Of a stretch of 64,000 nucleotides of DNA, positions 1-13,176 are shown piece after piece (positions within the stretch are counted from its first letter, which is position 1; every line of letters starts with the position of its first letter). Under the pieces are notes generated by a model. That model was not told the origin of the DNA, made no database searches, and saw nothing but the letters and a program-made list of their open reading frames with translations. The DNA is taken from the NCBI RefSeq assembly GCF_009914755.1, contig NC_060938.1. One strand, written 5' to 3'. Both the position numbers and the translations under genes were made by a program. Source of the DNA: the human T2T-CHM13v2.0 reference genome, Homo sapiens.

Positions 1-949
1 GAAAGAGGGGGACAGATTTCACACAAGGGCCCTTGAGGGTTTCTGAGTATCCGTGGTTTCCCGTGAATGACTATAGTTTTGTGCTCCTTGCAAGGAAAGG
101 AACGGAAAGGGAACCAACTCTGAGATTCCCACATATTCCACAAACACACTGCAGAACAGGAGAAATTATTCCCGCTTTACAGAACAGGAGACAGACCAGA
201 GCAGTAAGCCTCCTGAGGGCAGGAACCATGTCTGTTGCTGTTGCTGCACGCGCTGGAATCCCTGGTGCCTGCCAGGGGTCTGCACCAGGGGTTGATGATG
301 CCAAATGTGACTTGTTTGAGATCTTACAGCCAGAAGTGGCCCGGGGGAAATTCAATCCCAAATCTGCCAGACCCCAAAGCCCTGGTTCCTTCTGTGATGC
401 TGGGGAAATCTGCATCTCCATAGATTCCCAAAGGTCACTTAAAGGAGAATGCTGGATGCTCCAAAGTTTGAAAACTATGAGCGGATGCACTCCATCATGG
501 GTTGGTATGCCCAAGGAAGTGTTAGCATGAAGGGGGCGTGGCATGCAAACATATTCATGTGGCCAGGCATTGGAATTCAACAGAGATCCTTTGAGACAAC
601 ACGCCCTCCTTTTCATGCCCGGTAGAGGTCTCTTCTCCAACAGCCCTGGGTGCGAACATCTCTAAGGGAAGCCAACTCACCACCTCACGTCCCACTCTGA
701 CTGCCAGCAGGTTGTGCTCTAGGCTGGCCCAGTTAGCCATCACCCAGTGGTCTTTGTACTCTCTTTCTGTCCTCCACCAACAAGGCTCTTCAACATGACT
801 ACCTTCCAGACACTTGAGAACCTCTCTTTTATTTGCCAGCTCTCTTATTTATCTCTTCTGCTTTTCCTTCACACATTCTCGTGTGACACACTCTCAGTCC
901 CCTCCCCCATCCCCATGGCTGTCAGCAAATGCGATCCATTGCATTTTGC

Positions 950-1670
950 TTCTCCTTTAAAAGCAGTGCAGTGGCATTCCAAGTGGGACAGACCAGTAAA
1001 GAGGCCAGCAGGAGAAATACCTCCCTCATCTTCAACACTCTTCTTCAGTTAATGTCACCTAAGATGACACCAATTTTCTTGGTAACTGTTCAGGTTGATT
1101 CACGTCGACTTTACAGTCAACACACACCCCTGAGTCTTTCACACCTGCCCCATCCCGGGCATGTATAAAATTCCATTTGTTTAGCCCCAAGGTTCCAGAT
1201 GTACATTAATCCTATTATATTTCATCTCGTTACATTCAGCCACCATGAATCCAAACTGTTTTGGGATCTTAGGAGATTCTAATTCTGTTATCCAAGATGT
1301 CAGCTGCCTCTGAAAGTTCTTCCTAGTCTCTAATAGAACTGTTGAAACAGAACGGTCATGGGAGATTCTGGGACACGGATGGAACCACCCAGCAGGCTGA
1401 CATCCATCTGTTTGTTAGCAGCTTTAGGGCCACTCAGCACATCCCCAGCTGTCCCAGTGACACTGTCTCCAGCCCTCCTTGTTCTCAAGAGAGCCATGAG
1501 CTGTCTGCTCTGCTGCCTACCACAATGCCATGTGCTACCAACTTAGGAATCCTGTCTCCTCCCTCCAAAAAAGTACAGTGAGTAGTCATCTTTTTTCTTG
1601 GTAAATCCATGCTGATTCCTAACGATCATCACTTTCTTTCCTAAGCCTTCATAAGCCATCCCTTTCCTTG
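950..1670 (-). mobile_element. Degenerate L3/CR1 LINE fragment
   Basis: Contains CR1/L3-like motifs (e.g. ttcttggtaaatccatgctgattcctaacgatcatcactttctttcctaag). Heavily diverged; boundaries approximate. Confidence 0.45.
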
Positions 1671-1719
1671 TAGATGAGAGAAATTAACCCTGAGTTCAAA
1701 GCAGAAGCCTTCAGACAGC

Positions 1720-2533
<814 letters not shown>

Positions 2534-2609
2534 ACTCGTATTTTGAGTCATTGCCTAAAGACTTAGGCCTAACAGTGCTAGACGTGGGAGGGAGTGTAGG
2601 TGTTGGTGA

Positions 2610-2850
2610 GAATAGCGTAAGAGTTAAAGGCACGGAATTTGTGGTCTAACTAACCAGGATTGAACTTGATTTCCACCGCTTTCCAGCTATAGTTACTGAA
2701 CTTCTCTGAGCCTCTGCTTTCTCTTCTGTAAAATGGGAGCAGTAGTCCCTTCTCACAAATTCTTTGTCAGGATTTTATGTGATTATATTTGTGAAACATT
2801 AAATTTAGCATCAGGTGCATTATAAGCACTTGATAAATGTGTTATTCTGA
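2610..2850 (+). mobile_element. MIR SINE
   Basis: MIR core ctctgagcctctgctttctcttctgtaaaatggg and 3' end aagcacttgataaatgt. Confidence 0.8.
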
Positions 2851-4639
2851 TTATTATTAAGACAGACTCTAACCATTGAGGGTATTGCTTTGGTGCTAGA
2901 ATACGCTAGCAATAAGCTTCAAGGTTTTCCTGTTTATGTCCACCAGGGAATTTGGACCTCAGGTAATCTGCCCAAATCCTGCCCAAACAGGAGTAAGAAA
3001 AAATAAGCATTGTTGTTGCTGTTATTTTATTAGCTAGAGAGGCAGTCAATTCTATCACTTATTGTCAACATAATTTTTTAGCAAAGACTACTCTAGGAGG
3101 CTGTAGTTACATTCTTTCTGACACCTTTCCCCTATCTCTTTTCTACATAATCTTAGAGTCCCCCAACCACCAAGGATGATTCCTACTGATTCAAACTAAG
3201 AAAATGTGGCACCTTTTAACCTCTGCCCTTACAGAGCTTCTCCCCACCACATCCACCCCCGCCCACAATGATATTCTTACCAAAATAAGCTCAGAAGAGA
3301 GTCTCTTAACTTTGTCCAAAAGCTAAATCTGAAAGAGGTTAAAGGTTCTCTGGTCAGTCGCATTTCACCCGACTATTTTTAGCTGATATAGGGCAAAACA
3401 AGTTTCCCCAAAGATCTGGGCCCTGTGAAAGCTGGAATTTCTGCCAAGATGGAGGAATACAGCTCTCCCTGCTGGAAAAGAGAGCACAATTCCCTCTTTC
3501 CTCACCCCGGGATACCTATTTGCTGCCAGTGAATCTCCCACCTACTCTGTCATGCTAGCATTTGATCACATTGGGTTCATATGTGCTTATTTGCTGCTCC
3601 AACCCCAATCCTTACTCCTGAGCCTTTACCACTCAACTATCAATGTGTCCACTCATCCTCTGGGCCATCTTGTGCCCTCTTATCCTCTATCTCCTGGGTC
3701 AGAAGCTTGGCAGTTTTCTGGATGTGACTCCTAATGGAAATCCATGACAAAAATGCCCTGGATTCTCAACCAGGGAGAGAAACTCCTCTTCTCAGCCTCT
3801 TCTGCCAATGTGCCCCACTCCTATTTCTCTCTCCTGAGAGCCCTAAGCCCTGCCATGTTCCTTCTGTCCTTTCAGCCCCTTTCTTCCCCTACTCACATAA
3901 TGCACCAAGGGTAAGCATCTTCCTGCCCAGATATATCTGCCCTTTCACATACTCCCATGTGACTCTTTGACCTCTGTTGTTGGAATCTCTTGACTTAGAA
4001 AACCAGAGATGTTTCCATGACTTTTAAGGCTTTTGTTGGCAAGACAGCAAGGAGAATGGAGTGAGGGGCCAAGCTCAGGCTTTCTGCCTGGCCCCGGAGG
4101 GCAATGCCATGGGAAGGTGACCTTGTCACAGGCCTGGGGGCTATCCCAGTGGGATGACGCCATTGGGTACTCTATCTCAGGCTCCTCTGTTGCTCTGCCC
4201 TTCAGGCAGGATATTGAGTTTTAAGTTAAAAGACAAGGATCGAGCTTCATCTTATGATTTATGGTTTAGGCCAGGGTTTCCAAAACTGTATAAAAAGTTA
4301 TTCCTGGCCAAGTTCCCTATTAGTCATATGTGTGAAGTGGAAACATCACTTTATCAGAAATATACTTCCCCCAACCCATCCCAAACTGTGTCTATAATCA
4401 GGCTCTGGAGGGAAGACACTGGTATTAGAGCTGGTGTCAGGAGAAGAACTCAAGGGAAGACGCTTTACTAATAGGACTGTATGGCCCTGGCAGTGGTGAT
4501 TATACCAAACACATATGGAAAGGGATCATGGGGCAGCCAAAAGAATGATGAAAACTTCACATTGGTACTGCCCCTAGAGGTGCTTTTCCACGAATGGCTA
4601 GATTATGAATGTTTAAGCTTTCTTATTTAAGTGACCTTA

Positions 4640-5245
4640 CTCCATCAGCACCCGTCCACTCTCTTCTGGTACCCATGCCCCTGTTTCTTGGGGAATCCCA
4701 CACCATGCCCTGCTCTCAGTCCATGAGATTTCAGTGCAGCCAACTTTACCCCCAACTCAGGGTGAAGCACAGGACCCAGGCCTAAGCCAATCAGAGCATT
4801 AGATTCTCTTGGGCATAGTGATTGGTTTAGGAATGGACATCTGATCAATCAGAGCCAATGAGATACCTTAAGGTCTTCCCTAGGACTTCTGGGAAGGGGA
4901 CTCACTCTTTCCCCCTTGAACCTGAAATCTGAGAGGTATAGAGCTGGAATTGCTGTCATTTTTCTGTCACATGAAACCTGACTCTGAAGCCAGCATAGCA
5001 GAGAGTAGAGCTGAGAGATTTTTCTGTCACATGAAACCTGACTCTGAAGCCAGCATAGCAGAGAGGAGAGCTGAGAGATGGAGAGTACCCAAGTCCTGAT
5101 AACACATTATTTTATCCCTGAATCAATTTATATCTGATGCTGGCCCTAATTCTGGATCTTTTTGTTGCATGGGCCATTGGATTTCCCCTTTGCTAAAGCA
5201 GTTTGAGATGACTTTCTGTCCCTGGCAACCAAAGAGCCGTAGTTT
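4640..5245 (+). mobile_element. Old MaLR LTR (MLT1K/L-like)
   Basis: ccaggcctaagccaatcagagcat...gtgattggtttaggaatggacat and 3' end actttctgtccctggcaaccaaagagcc. Confidence 0.65.
4958..5079. repeat. 60-bp tandem duplication (2 copies, 1 mismatch)
   Basis: 4958-5017 and 5018-5077 are identical except t5006/g5066. Confidence 0.97.
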
Positions 5246-5696
5246 ACAGCTATTGTTTAAAAATACATTCCTAAGTGTAAATGGAACTAAGAGAAAGGAG
5301 ACAGGGCCAGCAATAGATCTGTACTTTGCAAGCACAATCTATTGCTCAGGGGCACAGACAGAGGCATATCACATACTTAAATGTGAGGAGAGCAGTACTG
5401 GGAGGTCCTCAGACAGGAAGAGGGTGAACCCCAGGCAGGAAGTTCCATCAGCAAGCATCATGTCTTTGGAAATGAAATTATTAAACAACCAGACCATTTC
5501 TATTGAGTTTCGTTTTTGTTACACCCCTCTTGGTATGCTTAACATAGTAATAAGTATTACTGCTATAGTGAAACTCCCTTATTTATATCATCACAATTTC
5601 TATTTCCCTATTATTTACTCCCTTTTCCTATGAAATAATAAAAATATTTACTCATCATGAAATTACTTTCTCTAATTTAATCTGCTTTTCCCCCAG

Positions 5697-6431
5697 TGTA
5701 TTATAAAGGTTCTCCAGAGAAACAGAACCAATAGGATCTCCCTCTATATATAGAGATAGATTAGATATGGATATACATATGTAGATGTGGACAGAAGTGA
5801 TGTCTGCCTCTTTCAGGGTTGGCCTTTTAAAGCAACTCAGCAACCCTCCAGCTCTCTCTTCCCTGATGACAGCAATCCTGAAGTCACGTGTTTCAGGTGA
5901 CATAACCACTGAGATGCAGGGGTTTATTTGCCACAGCAGCATAACCTTTCACATTCTGACTAATGTAGATGTATCTAGAGAGATGTAGCTATAGACGAGA
6001 TGGAGAGAGATGGATTTAAGGGAATTGACGTATGTGACGGCGGTGGAGGGAGGTGGCAAATCTGAAATTTTGCAGGAAGTTAGGTGGACTGGAGAGCAAG
6101 TAAGAGTTGATGCTTCAGCCTTGAGTCCAAAGGCTGGAAACTCAGACAGAATTTCTGAAACTCAGGCAGAATTTCTGTTGCAGTCTGGAGGCAGAATTCC
6201 TTCTTCTTCAGGAAACCTCAGCCTTTGCTCTTCAGGCCTTCAACTGATTAATGAAGTCCACACCTATTTTGGCAGTTTCTCTGCTTTGCTTAAAGTCAGC
6301 TGGTTGTAAATGTTGACTTTATTGTAAATCAAATATAAAAACTACCTTCACAGAAACATCTAGACAAGTATTTGACCAAATAGCTGGGCACCATAGCCTA
6401 GCCAAGTTGACACATAAAATTAACCATTACA
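5697..6431 (-). mobile_element. MLT2 (ERVL) solo LTR
   Basis: The right end is the reverse complement of the MLT2 start (tgtaatggttaattttatgtgtcaacttggctaggctatgg). The left end is tgtattataaaggttctccagagaaacagaaccaatagga followed by the typical TA/GA-rich patch. Confidence 0.9.
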
Positions 6432-7279
6432 TCCAGCTGGAGCCAATATTCCCCCATGCTCCTCCATATATTAGTGAGGGTTCAGCTTTGGATTCCCAGG
6501 CCAACACTAAGGTAGACACTGCAAATAATGAACCCTTGACAAAGCTCTGTTAGTTCCCAGATGGAAGAAAATTAATGATGATTGCTCAATTCAGTCTGGA
6601 CAGAATGCTTTACTATTTCTGTTGTGGTTAAAGTATGTAAGTCAGCTCTTATTTATTATATCTCCATTGGTTTACTTTTCACTGTTTGAGGAATTCTCCT
6701 CCCAGCTACCATGCCAGAAAAACACTTACACCCTGCCCCGTGGATCCCCAAAAACTAAGGATGTATCCACAGTCCTAACTGAAGGCAGATCAGCCTTCAG
6801 TAAGGTAACTCCAGCAGGAGAAAGCATTTTCCCCGTTGTGAGGCCTGTGGGAGATCCTCATCTGAGGCAGATGTAAAGAAGCACTTCCCTGGCCTGGGTC
6901 TGCTGGGAAACAAGTGATTACCAATCCTTGTGCTGTCCATGAAAGGGCCTCACCCCTGGCTGCTGAGGGTCTGGGAAATATCTGCTTCAATGAATACCCA
7001 GGTGCTCATTTTTCTTCTCCCCAGTTACCTGCTAAAGGCTCCATCTTGACATCAACCCTGCGGTCACCCTCCAGGATACTTCCTCGAAGCAGCCACATTC
7101 CTGGGGGCATCTGTGCCAGCAGGGGATGGTGGGATGGCAAATCAGCAAGTTCTGTCAGTCCTCAGCACCACTCTGTCCACAGCCTCATGAGAGTTTTGTC
7201 TGAGGACCTTCATTAGGCTTCAGGGCCTGTGGCTGATGACTCCAGGTCAAAGCCCCAGATGATACCTGCTCATCGAAAA

Positions 7280-7532
7280 CCACGCATTCCACTCCACTTC
7301 CCGGCCTCCCCTGCCGTTAGGTGGAGGCCATATGACTAGATCCTGGCCAAACGGATGTGGACAGAGTCATGTCAGCCACTTTCAAGGCTTGTCTTTAAAA
7401 GCATCACAGCAGCCCTCCAGCTCTGTCTGTGATGGCAGCAATCTTGAAGCCACATTTCAGGTGGCATAACCATTGAGACATGGGGATCTATTTGTCACTA
7501 CAGCAGTAGCCATTCCCATTCTGACTAAGGTA
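7280..7532 (+). mobile_element. Internally deleted MLT1 (MaLR) LTR fragment
   Basis: ttaggtggaggccatatgactagatcctggccaaacggatgtg...gaagccaca...ccattgagacatggggatctatttgtcactacagcag...ctgactaa. Confidence 0.7.
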
Positions 7533-8504
7533 GAGCATAAAGGAATTATGATCCATGGCTCCCCTCTGCCGCCCGAGTCATCTCACAGATGGCGGGCTGT
7601 TCTCCTGCACCCCCAGGCACGCTGATCCGTGACATCTCTCCCAATCGCTGGTTAAATGACCTCAGACACCTGCTGTGCTGAAGGTGACAAGTCAGGGGCA
7701 GCATCTGCATGTCTGAAGCAGCTCAGGATCTTCTCTGTGCCCAAATCCCCAAGAAAAGTCTAAAACTGGTAAAGTAATTGAACCAAGATGGGTTTTCCCG
7801 AAAGACCTTTTACAGCTTTGAGCTCATTAAGGAAAGAAAGAGGATTTCAAGACCTAAACAGTGCTGGATTCTTTCTATTTTAGTTGAAGTTGAAAAGACG
7901 ATATCTTTGCTAGAATCCAGAAAGAGTCTTACCTGTTGAAAACTCATGCAACTTAAAGTTCCTTCATCACGGAGAGCCTACCAGGCCTGCCACGTGGCAT
8001 GACCCATGGATGTGGGTGGGACTGCTTGGTATTTTCAGACTGTTGGAAACAGTGGCCTCTTGATCTCAGAGAGAGCCAAATTAAGCTGATTTCACTATTT
8101 ATAATCCCTCCGGAAATAAGCAAAGAAGAGAAGTCTAATTGCAAACAGACTGAACTTTACATAGGAAATATGTAGGCCCCCTGAGGCACCTAGAAAGTGT
8201 CTAAAGCCCTAACTGCCTCCCTGCCTCCCCTGCTTCCCTCTCCAGAGCACGTAGGCCACATCTAGAGAGGCCTGAGGCTGCAGAATGGCCCTGGACTGGC
8301 CAAACCAGCCCAGCCAGCCCCTTGGGCCTAGGGGCAGGGACTTTTGGATGAGAAACAGGAAGACATTTGCCCACAGCTTGAACCATGGCTTTGGGAAGAC
8401 TCTTTGTTCTTTCTTCCCCATTATTTTGGGTTTTCTGGTCTTTATTCCGTGCTTGTCAAATTCCAGGCATGCAAGGCTTTCAAACACACTATCAAACCCG
8501 CCAC

Positions 8505-8505
<1 letters not shown>

Positions 8506-8536
<31 letters not shown>
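8506..8536. repeat. (CA)n microsatellite
   Basis: About 15 CA units, seen directly. Confidence 0.97.
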
Positions 8537-8538
<2 letters not shown>

Positions 8539-11500
8539 CCCACCCCCATTGCATTCCCATCACAATCACATTTGTAGCAGAGCCCTGGGATTTGTAACCA
8601 AGTGGGGCCCAGTAAGAGCTTTGTGAAATTTCACATGGCCCCTGGCCTTCTGTAACAACTCCAGAGCTAAAGCCCCAGCCAGAACCCTGGGCCTTGCTGG
8701 CAGCTGTGCTGCCGGGTCACTGTGGGAGATGAGACAAGGACCTGCGACCTGCTGTGCCTCAGTTTCCCTGCCTGTCAGTTTGGACAACCATGACTGCAGC
8801 TAATTCTGAATTGTCTGCCTGCTGGTGGGACCAGGCCCTGGTGGGGGGCTCAGATTAATGGCACGGAAGTCCCAGAATGAGTCAAAGAAGAGAGAGACCA
8901 AAATAGATCAGGAGCCAAGCGCCCAGAATGGCAGCCAGAGAAGATTAGACACGCTGCCGAGAGAACCGTCCCGATGACTTTATTGAGGGCTCTTGCTCAT
9001 AAACAGCCACTATGTTATTGTAACTTCCACAGACCAGGCCGACCCTTCCTTGTGACGGGAAGTTTGGGATTGGAACCGTCCGTGGGCCCTGCTGTTGCTG
9101 AGGTCACCCTGGGAGCTGGGGCTCTTCCAAAAGGAAATCAGCATGGGGCTCCGGGGCTTGGTGGAACAGTGGACAGATGGATGGTTTTTGAGTGAGAAAG
9201 TCATGGTTAGGAGTCAGGGAAGAGTGGCAAGTGCCCCCCGGCCCACCCCTCTGCAGTTCAGCTGGTGGGACTAAGTCTTTCTTTATGGGCATTTCTGCTG
9301 AAAAGTCCTTCCTCCCTTACATTTGCTTCTTGGTCTCATGAATCCAAGGAGAGGGCACTAGGCCAGGGTGACAGATGTGGAAAAAGCCCAGAACTGCTGC
9401 CATAGTTCCCATCCCTGGGAGCCTCCAGTCCCCAGCCATGCCCAGCAATGGCTTTTCCTCTCACATCCTGACCCCTCACATCCTCTGTCTCATTGCACAG
9501 CCCTTGCCCTCCTGGCCACTTGCTACTTTTAATCCTCCTCTCATGTGGAGAGCAGCCCTGGCAGGTCCATCCACTCTCATCTTCCACTGGAGTGCTTCAG
9601 GCAACAATGGAAAAACTTAAGTTTGCCAGCAAAGTGGTCGAAGGCCAGAACTTGTCCATTTGAAGATAGAGACACAAATATCTCATTTCAGTACCAAAGA
9701 CCCTTTCTTTCTTATCACTGCCAGCTCTCCACCACCCATCCATCTCCTGCTCATCTCTGCTGGAAATGCTACTAGCCAAGGCGAGCCAAGCCAAACAGCT
9801 GTTTGTGGGCTCACAGACCCTCCAAGGATAAGGGTCTCTTCTGTGATGACCAGATTGCACCCTGATGCCAGCCAGCTCCTGGCGTCTGCTGCTGGCCCCC
9901 CCAAGATGGTAGCCTGGGGAGATACAGCCCAAACGCCTGATCCAGTCTCTTCCCAGTCTAGCTCTGTTGGCAAAATGAAACTCCCTGCCAAGGGAAAGCC
10001 AGTTTGGACTGTCCAAGGGGCACCCATGATAACTGGGCAAACCATCCATCCTGGGTTGGTCCGTGTGCTTTGAGACTTACACTAGGTGGGCCAGTTGAGG
10101 AAGGAGATAGGAGGAAGAAGTCCAAGGCAAATGTCAGATTTTTAGACAAGCCACTGCTGGCAACATGTTTTTATTTGGAAAATATTGCACAGGAACTTAC
10201 AGTGAAAAAGAAGCTTTCAAAGCCCTACATAATGTAACCCTATCCTACCACATCTCCAGTTTGCTGTACCATGCCCTCCCCTATGTGGATTCACCTTGGC
10301 CAGACATACAAACCCACCCCCTATCCTCCTCCATCCCTGCTCTTTGTCCTTGCTCATTCCATTCCCTTTGCTTGAAATATCTGTCTAGACTGTGCCCATC
10401 TTCTAAGTGGTCCAGCTTCAACTCTGCTCTCTCCCCCAACACCCCGCCTCCGACAACCTCTGGGGAGCATGGAGTTAACATTGCCCCTCCTGTGCTCACT
10501 GCATTTTTTGCCTACCATAGACAGTTTAATTATTGAAAACCGCCTTGTATGTTCTGTTTCAGATATGTTGGCTTTAATGAATCTGTGTGTCCCCTAACCT
10601 TGTCTCAGAATTCCTTATATGCCCCAAGGATGCCTCCACAGTGCTCTGAACACTGTAGGGCCTTAGGAAATACTGATGGCTTTGACTGGTTATCAAAAAA
10701 AAAAAATGTAAGTGATCAAAAAGATGCATAACCAGGAAGAACTATAATGTTCAGCAAAAACTGCGAGAGTGGTTCCAGGTGCTGCCTTCTTGGGGTCAGT
10801 GGTATAATGGGTTTTCCTTTCCAGACAGTCCCTTGATAGTCCTAGAATCCCACAGGACAGTTGGGTGGACAGTGTCCAGCAGGCAAACAAGACCATAAAC
10901 GCAAAGCCAGAGAAGCTAAACAATGTTCACTTTACAACTCCAGGTGATGATAATGGTATTTATAGACTCAGTGACATGTTTGAAGCTGTGAGTCCCAGAG
11001 GCTAATATTTTAAGCTGGATATCCTGAGACCCAGACGTTCTGTTTTTGTTCTCCTCCCCATCCTTCCCTCCTGTAACCCCTGGAACTTTCCATGCAATCT
11101 GGACAAAAGCATGAAACCTCTATTGTTTCTCAATCCTTACTAGTGCTAGGGAAGGATTTAAGAACTGCTTCATGGAAGGGTGACTTGTGATGAGTGGAAA
11201 ACATTCTGAGGCCTTAAAATGACATTTGCCATTACACCAAAACTTCCATCAGAGAATTTCAAAATTCTAGGCAGAGACAAGGGCCTTTCTGCCGTCAGAG
11301 AACTCCAATGGTAAAGGAGCTGGGGTTTGGAAGAGTGAGGCCTTATTTATAGATGAACTCATCTTGGCCAGAGGTTCTGGAGAGTCTAGGTCCACCTATT
11401 TAAGAACTTTCTTTCTCTCAGGTCCATTTTTATATTGGATAATCATTCCTGAGGCAAATCTATAAACAAAGGGTGGGAACCTAAAACTTGGCTAGTTATA

Positions 11501-12140
11501 TAGCCCAGAATAAAATGGGGAAATCAGTGTTTTCCTTCAAAGCAATCTAGAAAGCACTAGCCAAAGAACAAATTGCAAACAGCTACACAAGCATCAGGGA
11601 AATCCCATCGATCATAAGAGATGGAAAATAACCATGAGATCATTGCACTCATCTCCCCTGGGGCCTGGACATCCAGGATGCAGCTTCATGGTGTCCCTTC
11701 AGAGGGTGTTACAGGCATTACCTTTCTCTTGCTTTGCACTGTGAATCGTGCTCCTGATTAGTCTGCAATACATCCCCCTGAAGACAGGCAGCAACCACAG
11801 AACACAGTACCTCATGCATAGGAATTAAGTCCAGAACATTCTCTACTAGGTGGGTTTTTTGCTGTTTGTAAACAACTCTAGATGTTCATCCACAGTTCAC
11901 TCAACTGTGCTGACTGGTTTCATGCACTAGCCAGAATTGGTCAAACTTAAACATGCACAAAATCCTGTAGTCACTTTAGGCCCAAGTCCAACATTTAGAA
12001 GCTATCAACACAGGAAAAAAGTTGTACCTGTTTTCACGCTGAGAAAAGCAGATAGCTAATCTGTACCAGGAAAACAAACAAGAAAAATGATCTGAAAATA
12101 ACTTGGAAGGTTTTGTTTTCACCAAAGGAAGCATAAATAG

Positions 12141-13176
12141 TGAAACACATACACATAAGACATGCATGTACACACATATATATACATGCACACACATACA
12201 CACATTGTATGCACACATATACATAAACACACATACATAAACACACTGTACACACAAATATATACATGCACACACATACACACACATACTGTATGCAAAC
12301 ATGTATACATGCACACACGTACACATACTGTATGCACACATATATACATGTACACACATGCACATACTGTACACACATGTATGTACACACATATGTACGC
12401 GCACACACATACACATACATATGTACACACATATGTATGCACACACATACACATACTGTACATACACATATGTACATGCACACACACACGTACACATACT
12501 GTGCACACACATATGTATACATGCACACACATACACATACTGTGCACACACATATGTATATGTGCACACACATACACATACTGTACACACATCTATACAT
12601 GCACACGCATACACATACTGTACACACATATATATACATCCACACACGTACACATACACATACTATATGCACACATATATACATGTACACACATACACAT
12701 ACTGTACATACACATATGTACATGCACACTCATACATGTACACATACTGTGCACACACATGTATACATGCACACACATACTGTACACACACATATGTATA
12801 TGTGCACACACACACATACTGTACACACACATCTATACATGCACACACATACACATACTGTACACACATATATATACATCCACACATGTACACATACACA
12901 TACTGTATGCACACATATATACATCCACACACATATACACATAAACACACATACTGTACACAGGTATACGCACACTTGCATATATATACATGCATACACA
13001 CATACACACACATATACAATACTGTACACACATATATACACACATACTGTATACACATATACATCACATACACACATATACATACATATATACGTGTACA
13101 CACATATGTATACACACGTACACACTATATACACATATATGCACACATTTACGTATATACTTACATATACACACGT
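12141..13176. repeat. ~1-kb CA/TA/TG low-complexity minisatellite
   Basis: Near-continuous alternating purine/pyrimidine tract punctuated by recurring catactgt. Confidence 0.97.

Noticed and set aside
33-640. Overlapping 165-aa and 189-aa ORFs
   Set aside because: No recognisable domain, non-ATG starts, and overlap with MIR-like sequence.
4568-4584. CTCF-like ctgcccctagagg
   Set aside because: It is one base short in the G-run relative to the core consensus.
9597-10073. Three overlapping ORFs of 120-150 aa
   Set aside because: No family resemblance and no convincing exon structure.
11082-11606. NF-kB-like sites GGAACTTTCC and GGGAAATCCC
   Set aside because: Only two hits 500 bp apart, which is within chance without chromatin data.
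12141-13176. CRISPR-like or coded array
   Set aside because: There are no unique spacers or constant repeats, no cas genes, and the context is mammalian.
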